Positions 50,337 through 59,111 of a stretch of 59,221 nucleotides of DNA are shown one piece after another. The stretch spans positions 1 through 59,221 of the forward strand of contig JACWAD010000048.1 in assembly GCA_014874175.1 (NCBI GenBank), written 5' to 3'. Origin of the DNA: Thermoleophilia bacterium. Its GTDB lineage: Bacteria > Actinomycetota > Thermoleophilia > BMS3ABIN01. Every line of letters starts with the position of its first letter. Position 1 is the stretch's first letter. The notes beneath the pieces were generated by a model that saw nothing but the letters and a program-made list of their open reading frames with translations, was not told the origin of the DNA and made no database searches. The position numbers were made by a program, and so were the translations under genes.

Positions 50337-50548
50337 GGTGCACCCGTATTGCCATTATAGTCCACGAAGAACGCCCTTTGCCAGGCTCGTTATTTAATTT
50401 CCCGATTGCGGGATTATGAATCTCGCATCAAGGCACAGCTCTTGCCAGCCCGCGGCGCCATTGGCTAAACTACACCCTGCACCTGCGGCGCCGCATCATA
50501 AGGGTTTTTATCCTGCATCCAGCGTCCAGAATCCAGCATCTGCTTTTG

Positions 50549-50625
50549 GGGCGTATAGCTCAGCCGGTTAGAGCGCATCTCTGATAAGGATGAGGTCCCT
50601 GGTTCGAATCCAGGTACGCCCACCA
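50549..50625 (+). tRNA. tRNA-Ile (anticodon GAT)
   Basis: I folded a 77-nt cloverleaf by hand. The acceptor pairs GGGCGTA with TACGCCC, the D arm GCTC with GAGC, and the T arm CCTGG with CCAGG around TTCGAAT. The anticodon loop is CTGATAA and a CCA is encoded. Confidence 0.95.
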
Positions 50626-50708
50626 GATGGATGCAGACGTTAGGCTTTGCACTGCCTCTTATTCCTTAACCACGTTTCATATATGTATCGAACGACAAGG
50701 AGGCCTGC

Positions 50709-51140
50709 ATGAACCAGGAGAAAAAACCAGTCAAGTTCGTATCAATCATGTGCTTTCACGACGAGATGTGCCAGGTGTTCAACGCGCTGATGACGGCGCA
50801 AAGCCTGCTGAGAGCGGGTTCGAAAGTAACAGTCTTTTTCGGTTCCCGCGGCATCAACGCTGTTCATAAGGACAAGATAGACAAACTCGTATGCCTCCCG
50901 GACCAGTCACAGGAGGTGCAGGACGCGGTGGTTAAAAAAATGGAGGAGATGGATCTGCCCGAGATCAGCCTGATGATGGAGACCCTGCATTACGAAGGGG
51001 CTACGCTGCTTGCCTGCCCGCTTAACCTTAATGTGTTTGGCATGAGCAAGAACGACCTCGTGCTGGGCGTAACGGTCGCCGACCCGGCCACCTATTACAA
51101 GGAAGTGATGATGGCGGCGGATATGAATCTGGCATTCTAA
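50709..51140 (+). CDS. DsrE/DsrF-like family protein
   Basis: 143 aa with a perfect AAGGAGG upstream. The alternating beta-alpha pattern (VSIMCFHDE...VTVFFGSRGI...LLACPLN) resembles small DsrE-fold proteins. I hold the family call only moderately. Confidence 0.6.
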   Translation: MNQEKKPVKFVSIMCFHDEMCQVFNALMTAQSLLRAGSKVTVFFGSRGINAVHKDKIDKLVCLPDQSQEVQDAVVKKMEEMDLPEISLMMETLHYEGATLLACPLNLNVFGMSKNDLVLGVTVADPATYYKEVMMAADMNLAF

Positions 51141-51302
51141 AAAGGACAGATATTACACTGCTGTCAAATGGCTGATGTAAGCCGGTGACAGGCAGGTGGC
51201 ATGTCAAACCGGTTCAGCCCAGGCAGCCTTGCAGCCGGGCGCCGGAGATCCCCTATCGCCATGATGACATCGATGAATTGATCGAACCTGACGGCTTGAT
51301 GA

Positions 51303-51500
51303 TGTTCCCTGGGACATGTTGACCTTTCCGTCCTGTTTTCGTTGGAGCTGGGGGTAATTCCGATGGCCTATCTGGGAGCCAGGCTCGATATCCGCACCAG
51401 ATCAAGGGCGATCATGCTTTTATACGGCCTGGTGATGACCGGTTTTGCTGGCTACTTTTTCATCAGCCGGCTGACGGCGGACTGCTGTCCGGATTGCTAG
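51303..51500 (+). pseudogene. Possible 3' remnant of a TauE/SafE-like membrane protein gene
   Basis: The open frame reads ...VDLSVLFSLELGVIPMAYLGARLDIRTRSRAIMLLYGLVMTGFAGYFFISRLTADCCPDC*. It looks like the last TM helices of a 4-toluene-sulfonate-uptake-type permease with no N-terminal part upstream. Support is weak. Confidence 0.3.
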
Positions 51501-51505
51501 CCGGG

Positions 51506-51946
51506 TCAGTTCAGCTTCGGCAGGCTGGCGACAGAGAACCAGAATTCTTCGATCGCTTTTACAGCCCCCACGTATTGATCGAATCTCACAGGCTTGATGA
51601 CATAGCAGTTACAGTAGAGGCTGTAGTTTTTCAGGATGTTCTGCTGGCTCTTGGAATTGGTGAGCACGATTACCGGGATTGCCCTAAGCGACTTGTCCTG
51701 CCTGATCTCCGCCAGCACTTCCTGGCCGCTCTTGAGCGGCAGGTTGAGGTCAAGCAGGATCAGATCCGGCCTGGGTGCCTCTACAAATTCGCCCTCGCGG
51801 CTTAAGTACCGCATTGCCGCTTCGCCGTCCATAACGACATCCATGGAATTGATCAACGTGCATTGTTTCAGGGCTTCGCGGGTGAGGCGCACGTCGGCCG
51901 GATTATCCTCAACCAGAAGGATGTTGACTGGGCTGGACTCTTGCAT
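51506..51946 (-). CDS. Single-domain response regulator (CheY/Rcp1-like receiver)
   Basis: It has ILLVEDNPADV, the phospho-acceptor context DLILLDLNLP, and YVIKP. Confidence 0.9.
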   Translation of the reverse strand: MQESSPVNILLVEDNPADVRLTREALKQCTLINSMDVVMDGEAAMRYLSREGEFVEAPRPDLILLDLNLPLKSGQEVLAEIRQDKSLRAIPVIVLTNSKSQQNILKNYSLYCNCYVIKPVRFDQYVGAVKAIEEFWFSVASLPKLN

Positions 51947-51949
51947 CTG

Positions 51950-52852
51950 TTACAGCTCCTTGGCGATGGTGAAGAAAAACCTGCTTCCCTTTCCCGGCGC
52001 GGACTCAACCCAGATGCGGCCGCCGTGCTGCTCGGCGATGCGCCGGGATGTGGCCAGACCAATGCCGGTGCCGGGGTACTTGCCCCGCGCATGCAGTCTC
52101 TGGAAGATGAGAAAGATGCGCTCGTGCTGATCGGGGCTTATGCCGATGCCGTTGTCGGCGACCGAGAACTCCCACTCACTGGCTGTTTCGCCAACGCCGA
52201 CGTGGATCTGCGGCGGTTCTTTTCCATGAAACTTGATGGCGTTGCCAATCAGGTTCTGAAAAAGCTGCGTCAGGTGAGAGCCATCTGCCTTGATTTCAGG
52301 AATCTTGTCGCGCGTCACCTTCGCTCCTGTTTCCTGGATATTCAGGCGCAGATTATCCAGGGCGGCGTCAAGGCACTGGCCGGCATCCACAAGCTGAAAA
52401 CCTTTGCCACTGCCGTCCAGCCGCGAGTAGCGCAGCAGGTCGTCGGTGAGCGCCTGCATCCGCTCGGCTCCCTCCAGGGCGAAGTTGATGAACTCCCGGC
52501 CATCGTCGTCAAATCTGTCATTGTACCGTTCGGCCAAAAGGTCAACGTAGCTGGCAATCATCCGTAGCGGCTCCTGCAGGTCATGCGAGGCCACGAACGC
52601 AAACTGTTCCAGATCTTCGTTGGACCGCTTCAGCCTGGACAGAGCCCCTTTCCGCCGCGCCTCATCCCGCTTAAGGGAAGTCACGTCCTGAAGTGTCGCC
52701 AGAACCCTGGGCTCGCCCTTGAGCTTCAGCATTGTGGTGGAGAGGAGAAAGGTCAGGTCCTGCCTCTCTCCATTGACGAGCAGCGGCCGGCCCGCCTCCA
52801 CTTGATAATGATTGTTCCCGGTCTTGAAGGTGTCCATGACCGTCAGGCGCAC
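51950..52852 (-). CDS. Histidine kinase, apparently N-terminally truncated (only the last part of a PAS domain, then HisKA and HATPase)
   Basis: It has the H-box FAFVASHDLQEPLR, the N-box NLIGNAIKF and the G-box GTGIGLA. The ORF starts at GTG 52852 directly after an in-frame TAA. About 50 aa of PAS-like sequence precede the coiled-coil linker. Confidence 0.82.
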   Translation of the reverse strand: MRLTVMDTFKTGNNHYQVEAGRPLLVNGERQDLTFLLSTTMLKLKGEPRVLATLQDVTSLKRDEARRKGALSRLKRSNEDLEQFAFVASHDLQEPLRMIASYVDLLAERYNDRFDDDGREFINFALEGAERMQALTDDLLRYSRLDGSGKGFQLVDAGQCLDAALDNLRLNIQETGAKVTRDKIPEIKADGSHLTQLFQNLIGNAIKFHGKEPPQIHVGVGETASEWEFSVADNGIGISPDQHERIFLIFQRLHARGKYPGTGIGLATSRRIAEQHGGRIWVESAPGKGSRFFFTIAKEL

Positions 52853-52950
52853 CAGTGATGTTTTTTAGCGGCTCTTTTCCGGCCGTAAAACCTGCGAGGG
52901 CCACAGAGTTTCCGGCCGCCCCGGTTTTATGGAAGGATTGCAAAGGAAAG

Positions 52951-53755
52951 TCAGATATAGGGCAGATATCCCAGCGACGAGTAGCCTTCATTCAGGCCGT
53001 TAAGAAGCTTGACGTCGTCCTTGCCTATCTCAAAATCAAAGACATTGATGTTTTCTTCCAGATGCTGCCGCTGGTTGGCCTTGGGGATGGGCACGGTTCC
53101 CTGCTGGATATTCCAGCGGATCAGAATCTGGGCCGCGGACCTGCCGTATTTTTGCGCCAGCCGCATCAGCGTCTCATCGCCCAGACGCGTGGCGCGGGTG
53201 AGGGGGACTGTAGGCCTGGATAACAATTTTCTTTGCCTGGCAGTAGCGCCTCATTTTTTCACTGTGGCCAAAAGGACTCCATTCGATCTGGTTGACGGCA
53301 GGGATTTCGCCGGTGGCGTTGATTAGCCGGTCGATAAGGGCCGGCGGGTAGTTGCTGACGCCAATATCCCTGGCAAGCCCCTCGGTTCTTGCCTGAATCA
53401 AGCCCTCCCACAGATGCTCGCCGGCCCCGGAAAGGGGAGGCCGGTGAATCAGCATCAGATCGGCGTAGTCGAGCCCCAGCTCCCTCAAGTCAAACTTTGT
53501 CCTGGCGTAGGCGTCGTCGGTTTCTTCCACCTTTGTTGATATGAAGAGGTTTTCGCGAGCCGTCTTGCTCATCTTGAGCGCTGCGCCGATACCGGGCTGG
53601 GTGCGGTAGTCGCTCGAGGTGTCAATCATGGGATAACCCAGCTCAAGGGCATAGGCGACGGTTGCGGCGGTGTCATAATTAAGCAGCCAGGTGCCCAGGC
53701 CAAAAACAGGAATTGCGTTTCCCGTGCTCAGTTGTATGGCTGAATCTTTATTCAA
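52951..53755 (-). pseudogene. Aldo/keto reductase, frameshifted in a C5 (plus-strand G5, 53202-53206) run
   Basis: The 5' ORF reads ...KKIVIQAYSP|PHPRHASGR*. The 3' ORF in the +1 frame reads ...VPLTRATRLGDETLMRLAQKYGRSAAQILIRWNIQQG.... Removing one C restores the canonical AKR sequence QAYSPLTRA. Confidence 0.8.
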
Positions 53756-54282
53756 GGATCTCTAATTTGACCAGTTCCATGAATGCAACTGCCGGCACTG
53801 CAACCGCTGTAGGTTTTTCCAGCTGGCGGGATTTCAAACACGCCCTGGTTGTTTCCGGGAGTGATCCGGTTTGAAGCCATTTATTCCGGGTAATTGATAA
53901 ATATTATCATCTGTGAAAGGAGTAACCATCATGAGCGCGGGAGCCGGTATAGTGCTGTTGATAGGACGGATACTGTTTATTGCCCCCGGCGTATTTTGAG
54001 AATCTGCTGAATTTTGCCGGCAAACGGCTGGGTCTGGGCCAACCAGGTCTTTTTTGCGCCCCGTGCCAGGCGCACAAAAGCCGGATACGCAGGAAGCTTA
54101 TTAATTTCTCTTCAGATTTATCCTGAGTTACCGATGAGTTGGAGGCCGAGTCACACCAGCTGCAATTTTTCATTAAAAGATCCGCAAGCCTGGTTGCCAA
54201 ATGTCGTCTTGACTTGAGGGAGGCAGGGTGGAAGAGGTCGGCAGAATCAAACGGGCGCCTGTCACAGCCAGGGCAGGAGCCG

Positions 54283-54876
54283 TCACTTTGAGACGAATTT
54301 GTTTCCCTGTACTGTAAACCGCCATGGCTTGTCCCGGTAACGGCCGGCGTAATCGATACCAATTCTGGTTGAGGCCTCAGCCTGCGGGGTCTCGCCCGTG
54401 TCCTGAACCCAGATGCGTTTCGAGAGCGCCAGATCCTCGCCGTAAAAACTCTTGTCCAGCTTGAGCGCGACGCAGAGCTTGCCCGGCCCCTTCATCAGAT
54501 CACGGTCGGAGCGGACGCGGCCGAATTTATACAGGTTTTCCCTGGCCAGCTCAAGGCCCGCAACCGGCTCCAGCGCCCTGATCAGCACGGCTTCCGGAAC
54601 ACCCTCTTTGGCGGCAACGATATTCAGGTTGAAATAAATGCCATAAATCAGATAGATGTAAACAAAGCCGCCGCTGCCGTACATGATCCTGTTTCTTGCC
54701 GTCTTGCCGAACCGGGCGTGCGAGGCCAGGTCGTCCTCGCCGACGTAGGCTTCCGTCTCCACGATATTGCCGGAAATAATTCCCCGGCCTGTTTTTCTTA
54801 CGAGGCGTTTTCCCAGCAGGCCCCGCGCCATCTCTATGCCTCGTCTTTCGAAAAAACTGCGCCCCAGTCTTGCCAA
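54283..54876 (-). CDS. mpg: DNA-3-methyladenine glycosylase (Mpg/AAG family)
   Basis: It has ARGLLGKRLV, IVETEAYVGEDDLASHA, GFVYIYLIYGIYFNLNIV and LIRALEP. The TTG at 54876 has an AAAGGAG 4 nt upstream. The ORF is open to ATG 54921. Confidence 0.87.
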   Translation of the reverse strand: MARLGRSFFERRGIEMARGLLGKRLVRKTGRGIISGNIVETEAYVGEDDLASHARFGKTARNRIMYGSGGFVYIYLIYGIYFNLNIVAAKEGVPEAVLIRALEPVAGLELARENLYKFGRVRSDRDLMKGPGKLCVALKLDKSFYGEDLALSKRIWVQDTGETPQAEASTRIGIDYAGRYRDKPWRFTVQGNKFVSK

Positions 54877-55029
54877 TGCGCTCCTTTGTTTATGATGCTG
54901 GCTGCCCGCGTCGCAAAACATGGATTAAATCAACGAGGACGGCCTTCGTTTCACTCCGGTTTTTCCCGTTTGATAGTTTAGCAGGCGCGGTATAACAGAA
55001 GTTATCTCGAGACAGGTAGGCGGGCCAAA

Positions 55030-55397
55030 ATGATTGAGCTGAGGAGAGTTTACGACGAAAAAAGGCGCAGCGGCGGCTACCGGGTGCTGGTGGACCGCAT
55101 CTGGCCGCGGGGCCTGACAAAGGAAGAGGTCAAGCCCGATCTCTGGCTGCGCGAAATTGCCCCCAGCAACGGCCTGCGCAAATGGTTCGGCCACGATCCG
55201 GACAAGTGGGCGGAGTTCAAAAAGCGCTATTTTCAGGAGCTTAAAGGCAAGAAAGAGGAAATTGGCGCACTTCGTGGCCGACAGAGGCAAAAAAAATCAT
55301 CCTCCTCTACGGAGCCAGGGACACCGAGCATAACAATGCTGTTGCCCTGAAGGAATATTTGGAAAAGAAAAGCCGCCGATCGCAGAGGTGCCGATGA
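55030..55397 (+). pseudogene. DUF488-family protein interrupted at an A8 run (55289-55296)
   Basis: Frame 0 reads [33 protein letters not shown]...[10 protein letters not shown] and then nonsense (SSSSTEPG...). The -1 frame continues [25 protein letters not shown]..., the conserved DUF488 C-terminus. Confidence 0.75.
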
Positions 55398-56173
55398 CAC
55401 CCGGCCGCCGCCTCATCCTTATTTTTCTGCCTGCAGTTCTCATTGTGGCAGCAGGGCGCGCTGGCGCTGATGCCCAAGTTGCCTTTCGCGGGCAGCCCAC
55501 TCAGGTTGCGGATATCACAGCGCCTGCAGTGGGGCAAGCAATTGGCCAGGGCAGCCTTTCGGCAACCCAGGCTCCCGCGGGCGCCCCGGTTTTTCGGCAA
55601 AACTGCTCCGGCTGCCACGGGACTGATGGCGGCGGCACCGGAATTGCTCCCACCTTGAAAGCCGTGAACGACCCGGCGCTGGTCGAGAGGATTGTTAAAT
55701 CAGGGAAGGGACTGATGCCCAGTTTCGCCTCCAGGCTCTCCGGACCCCAGATAAACGCCGTTGCCGAATATGTCGCTGCGGGCAGCACGATTTCGCTGGC
55801 CGGCGGGACAATCAGCCGCGGAGGCACCCTCTACCGGTTTGATTGCGGGGGCTGCCACGGCACAACAGGCCGCGGGGGCGCCCTGGTGGGCGCCGGTCTC
55901 AACGCGCCGGCGCTGACGGGATTTGCGCCTGCGGAGGTGGCCACGGCCATCATTTTCGGGCCGGGGCCGATGCCGTCGTTTTCAATGGCAATTGTTGACC
56001 AGCATGACCTAGCTTCGCTTGTCGATTATGTAGGAACTCTCAAGGAACCGGACCACCCCGGCGGGCAGCCGTTGGGCTACCGGGGGCCGTTAACCGAAGC
56101 GCTGGCAGGGGCGGCGGCGCTGGCGGCGCTGGTGCTCGTCACGGTCTGGATTGAGAGGAAAGGACGGGGATGA
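55388..56173 (+). CDS. qcrC: Diheme c-type cytochrome, QcrC-like subunit of the cytochrome bc complex
   Basis: It has a signal/TM N-terminus, two CxxCH motifs (CSGCHG and CGGCHG) and a C-terminal TM anchor. The start is either GTG 55388 or ATG 55394. Confidence 0.85.
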   Translation: MPMTPGRRLILIFLPAVLIVAAGRAGADAQVAFRGQPTQVADITAPAVGQAIGQGSLSATQAPAGAPVFRQNCSGCHGTDGGGTGIAPTLKAVNDPALVERIVKSGKGLMPSFASRLSGPQINAVAEYVAAGSTISLAGGTISRGGTLYRFDCGGCHGTTGRGGALVGAGLNAPALTGFAPAEVATAIIFGPGPMPSFSMAIVDQHDLASLVDYVGTLKEPDHPGGQPLGYRGPLTEALAGAAALAALVLVTVWIERKGRG

Positions 56174-57039
56174 ATCAGGGTGCGCCGGAAAATGGTAAGT
56201 CAGGCCGCCTGGCTGCGGTGGTGATGGCGGTGCTGGCGTTCCTGGCAGGGCTGGCCGGAGCCGGAGCCTTCTTTTATTTCTACTGGACTGACGGGAGCAC
56301 CGCCGCAATGGGAACATCCACGGCCGTGGCCATGGCGGGAATGGGGGCCGGCCTGGTTGTCTGGGCGCGCGGACTGATGCCCGGCGAGGAAGTAAGTAGC
56401 AAGCGAGAGGCGCTGCCATCGAGCGAGGAAGAAAAAGAGCAGTTCCGGGAGAGCTTTGTCGCCGGCGAGCACAGGATTGGCCGCCGCAGGCTGCTGGGGC
56501 TTCTGGCCGGCGGCGTGCTGGGCCTGCTGGCGCTTGATTCTGTCTCCCTGCTGCGCTCGATGGGGAAAAGCCCGCTGCCGGCTCTCTACCGGACCGCCTG
56601 GACGAAAGGCGCGCGCCTGGTCACTTTCGATGGCCGCCCCGTGACCGCAGCCGTGCAAAAGGGCGACATTCTCACCGTTTTTCCCGAGGGCCAGACTGAC
56701 TCAATCACCTCGCAGACTCTTCTGCTTCGCGTTGATGAGGCAAAGCTGAGGCTGCCGCCCGGAAGGGAAAGCTGGACGCCGATGGGGTTTATCGCATTTT
56801 CCAAGATATGCACTCACGCCGGCTGCCCGGTGGCCCAGTACGAGAAGAGCGTCAATATCCTGCTCTGCCCGTGCCACCAGTCCTCCTTTGACATACTTAG
56901 CGGCGCCTTGCCGGTGGGAGGCCCCGCCGGCAGGCCGCTGCCGCAGCTGCCCCTCTATGTGGACCCGGCCGGCTTTATCAGGGCCCAGGGCGATTTTTCC
57001 AGCCACCCCGGCCCCGGCTTCTGGAGCTATAAGTCATGA
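56170..57039 (+). CDS. qcrA: Rieske [2Fe-2S] subunit of the cytochrome bc complex
   Basis: It has an N-terminal TM segment, then CTHAGCP and CPCHQSSF Rieske boxes. ATGA overlaps occur with both neighbours. Confidence 0.9.
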   Translation: MNQGAPENGKSGRLAAVVMAVLAFLAGLAGAGAFFYFYWTDGSTAAMGTSTAVAMAGMGAGLVVWARGLMPGEEVSSKREALPSSEEEKEQFRESFVAGEHRIGRRRLLGLLAGGVLGLLALDSVSLLRSMGKSPLPALYRTAWTKGARLVTFDGRPVTAAVQKGDILTVFPEGQTDSITSQTLLLRVDEAKLRLPPGRESWTPMGFIAFSKICTHAGCPVAQYEKSVNILLCPCHQSSFDILSGALPVGGPAGRPLPQLPLYVDPAGFIRAQGDFSSHPGPGFWSYKS

Positions 57040-58337
57040 TCTCTAGGCTGGCGCGCTGGTTTGACGACCGGCTGGGCGCCGCTTCGCTGACGCGCTTGAC
57101 GATCAACAAGGTGTTCCCGGACCACTGGTCGTTTATGCTGGGCGAGATAGCGCTCTTCTCCCTTGTCATCCTGGTGGGCACCGGCATCTTCCTGGCCATG
57201 TTTTTCAACGCCAGCGAAACAAAAACGGTCTACGAGGGTTCCTATCAGGCGCTCAGGGGCGTGGAAATGTCGGCCGCTTACCAATCGACCCTGAACATAA
57301 GCTTTGATGTGCCAGCCGGCCTGCTGGTGCGCCAGATACATCACTGGGCGGCCCTGGTGTTTATTGGCGCGATTGCCCTCCACCTCATGCGCATCTTTTT
57401 TACAGGCGCCTACAGGCGCCCGCGGGAGATCAACTGGCTCATCGGCCTGACCCTGCTGCTGCTGGGGATGTTTAACGGATTCACCGGCTATTCCGTTCCC
57501 GACGACCTGCTCTCCGGGACCGGCCTGAGGATAGCCTATTCGGTGATGCTTTCAGTTCCGTTTATCGGGGACTGGCTCGCCTTTATTTTCTTTGGCGGCA
57601 ACGCACCCTCGCAGGTGACCATTTCCCGCCTTTACGGGATGCACATCGTTGTTCCGTTCCTGATTCTGGCCCTGGTGTCTTTGCACCTGCTGGTGCTTGT
57701 CCGCCAGAAGCACACCAACTGCCCCGGAGCGGGGCGCTCCAACGAATCGATTGTGGGATCAAGGCTGTGGCCGACTTACGCCGCCAAGTCACTGGGGCTT
57801 TTCTTCTTTGTGTTTGCGGCTCTGGCGGCGCTCGGAGGCCTGGTCCAAATAAACCCTGTCTGGCTCTACGGTCCTTTTAACGCCGCGGCGGTTTCCAGCG
57901 GCTCCCAGCCAGACTGGTATGTCCTTTGGCTTGAAGGAGTCCTGCGCTTGTTCCCGTCGCTTGACTTCCACGTTGGCGGTCATCTCGTGCCCGGAATTTT
58001 CCTGCCCGGCGTGTTGATGCCGCTTGTGTTTTTTGGTGTTTTGTATTCCTGGCCGTTTCTGGAGGCGAGTGTCACCGGTGACCGCGGCCTTCACCACGTG
58101 CTGGAGCCGCCCTGCCTTCGTCCGCTGCGCACCGCCATCGGCACCGGAGTTTTGACATTCTTTCTCATCCTTACCATAGCAGGCGGCCAGGATGTGCTTG
58201 CCGTTGCAGCCGGCGACTCGGTGACCTCGGTCAGGACAGCCCTGCGGGTGCTGGTTTTAGCCGGCCCTGTAGTTGCCGCAGGCCTGGCGTACTTTGCCTG
58301 CCGGCTGGTCAGGAGCGGCCGCAGAGCTGCGGCGTGA
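57036..58337 (+). CDS. qcrB: Cytochrome b subunit of the cytochrome bc complex
   Basis: 433 aa, polytopic. It has cytochrome b N-terminal histidine contexts (RQIHHWAA, HL..IF) and a C-terminal domain. Confidence 0.92.
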   Translation: MISRLARWFDDRLGAASLTRLTINKVFPDHWSFMLGEIALFSLVILVGTGIFLAMFFNASETKTVYEGSYQALRGVEMSAAYQSTLNISFDVPAGLLVRQIHHWAALVFIGAIALHLMRIFFTGAYRRPREINWLIGLTLLLLGMFNGFTGYSVPDDLLSGTGLRIAYSVMLSVPFIGDWLAFIFFGGNAPSQVTISRLYGMHIVVPFLILALVSLHLLVLVRQKHTNCPGAGRSNESIVGSRLWPTYAAKSLGLFFFVFAALAALGGLVQINPVWLYGPFNAAAVSSGSQPDWYVLWLEGVLRLFPSLDFHVGGHLVPGIFLPGVLMPLVFFGVLYSWPFLEASVTGDRGLHHVLEPPCLRPLRTAIGTGVLTFFLILTIAGGQDVLAVAAGDSVTSVRTALRVLVLAGPVVAAGLAYFACRLVRSGRRAAA

Positions 58338-58383
58338 AGAACAGGGTGTTCCTGCGACAGCCGGGTTGCCCGGCAAAGAGAAA

Positions 58384-58405
58384 GCCCCGACTGAGATATC
58401 GGGGC
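58384..58405. terminator. Hairpin in the convergent qcrB/smpB gap (possible bidirectional terminator)
   Basis: GCCCCGA pairs with TCGGGGC around an 8-nt loop, with a T-rich flank on the minus strand (TTTCTCTTT). Smaller hairpins lie at 58361-75 and 58416-28. Confidence 0.45.
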
Positions 58406-58584
58406 CTTCCAAGGGGGGCGAAACGCCCATGCCACTAAGAAAATGATGTTAGTCAGCATAATAGCGTCAATATATACAGCCGTCCATAATGCATATTAAT
58501 CAATTGCCTGTAACTTTATCACCAAGATGTTTCATTATTAAATGAAAAAACGGCTATTTTTGTCCACATACCCAGCGATAGGCT

Positions 58585-59049
58585 TTACCGCCGGCGCTGC
58601 CTTTTGACCAGGCCCCGCTCCATTTCACGGCGGGCTTCCCTTTCCGCCAAAGCCCGGCGCTTGTCGTACAGCTTCTTGCCGTGCGCCAGGCCGATCTCCA
58701 GCTTGGCGCGCGCCCCCCGGAAGTACAGCTTCGTGGGAACGAGAGTGTAGCCTTTCTCGCGCGTTTTGCCAATCAAGGAACGAATTTCATGCTTGTGCAA
58801 CAGCAGCTTTCTGGTACGGTCCGGGTCGGCGTTGTGGATGCCTCCCTGTTTGTACGAGCTGATATGTATTCCAACGACGAAGGCTTCCTCCCCTGTTATG
58901 GTTGCGTAGCTGTCCTTGAGATTGGCGCGCCCGGCACGAAGCGACTTGACCTCGGTGCCGGTCAGCTCCAGCCCGGCCTCGTAGGTCTCATCGATAAAGT
59001 AATCATGAAAAGCCTTACGGTTGGTGGCAACTGTTTTAATGTCGTTCAT
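58585..59049 (-). CDS. smpB: SsrA-binding protein
   Basis: 154 aa. NRKAFHDYFIDETYEAGLELTGTEVKSLR and a basic C-terminal tail are a typical SmpB. Confidence 0.95.
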   Translation of the reverse strand: MNDIKTVATNRKAFHDYFIDETYEAGLELTGTEVKSLRAGRANLKDSYATITGEEAFVVGIHISSYKQGGIHNADPDRTRKLLLHKHEIRSLIGKTREKGYTLVPTKLYFRGARAKLEIGLAHGKKLYDKRRALAEREARREMERGLVKRQRRR

Positions 59050-59111
59050 GAACTCAAGAAAACTATTTTTTCCGGCGATTTGTCAAGCAACTTTTTTGTT
59101 AGCGTCCGGTT

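Noticed and set aside
53925-54120. 22-aa ORF with an excellent SD (AAAGGAG-N8-ATG; MSAGAGIVLLIGRILFIAPGVF*) that continues DoxX-like in another frame after a C5 run
   Set aside because: Even after a 1-nt correction, the product (about 64 aa) loses any membrane-protein character after about 45 residues. That is not enough to call a gene or pseudogene.
58338-58584. Looked for tmRNA (ssrA) downstream of smpB
   Set aside because: The gap is only about 247 nt. It has no GGGG...GATTCGAC 5' end and no tRNA-like TTCGA...CCA 3' end, only short hairpins and an AT-rich stretch.
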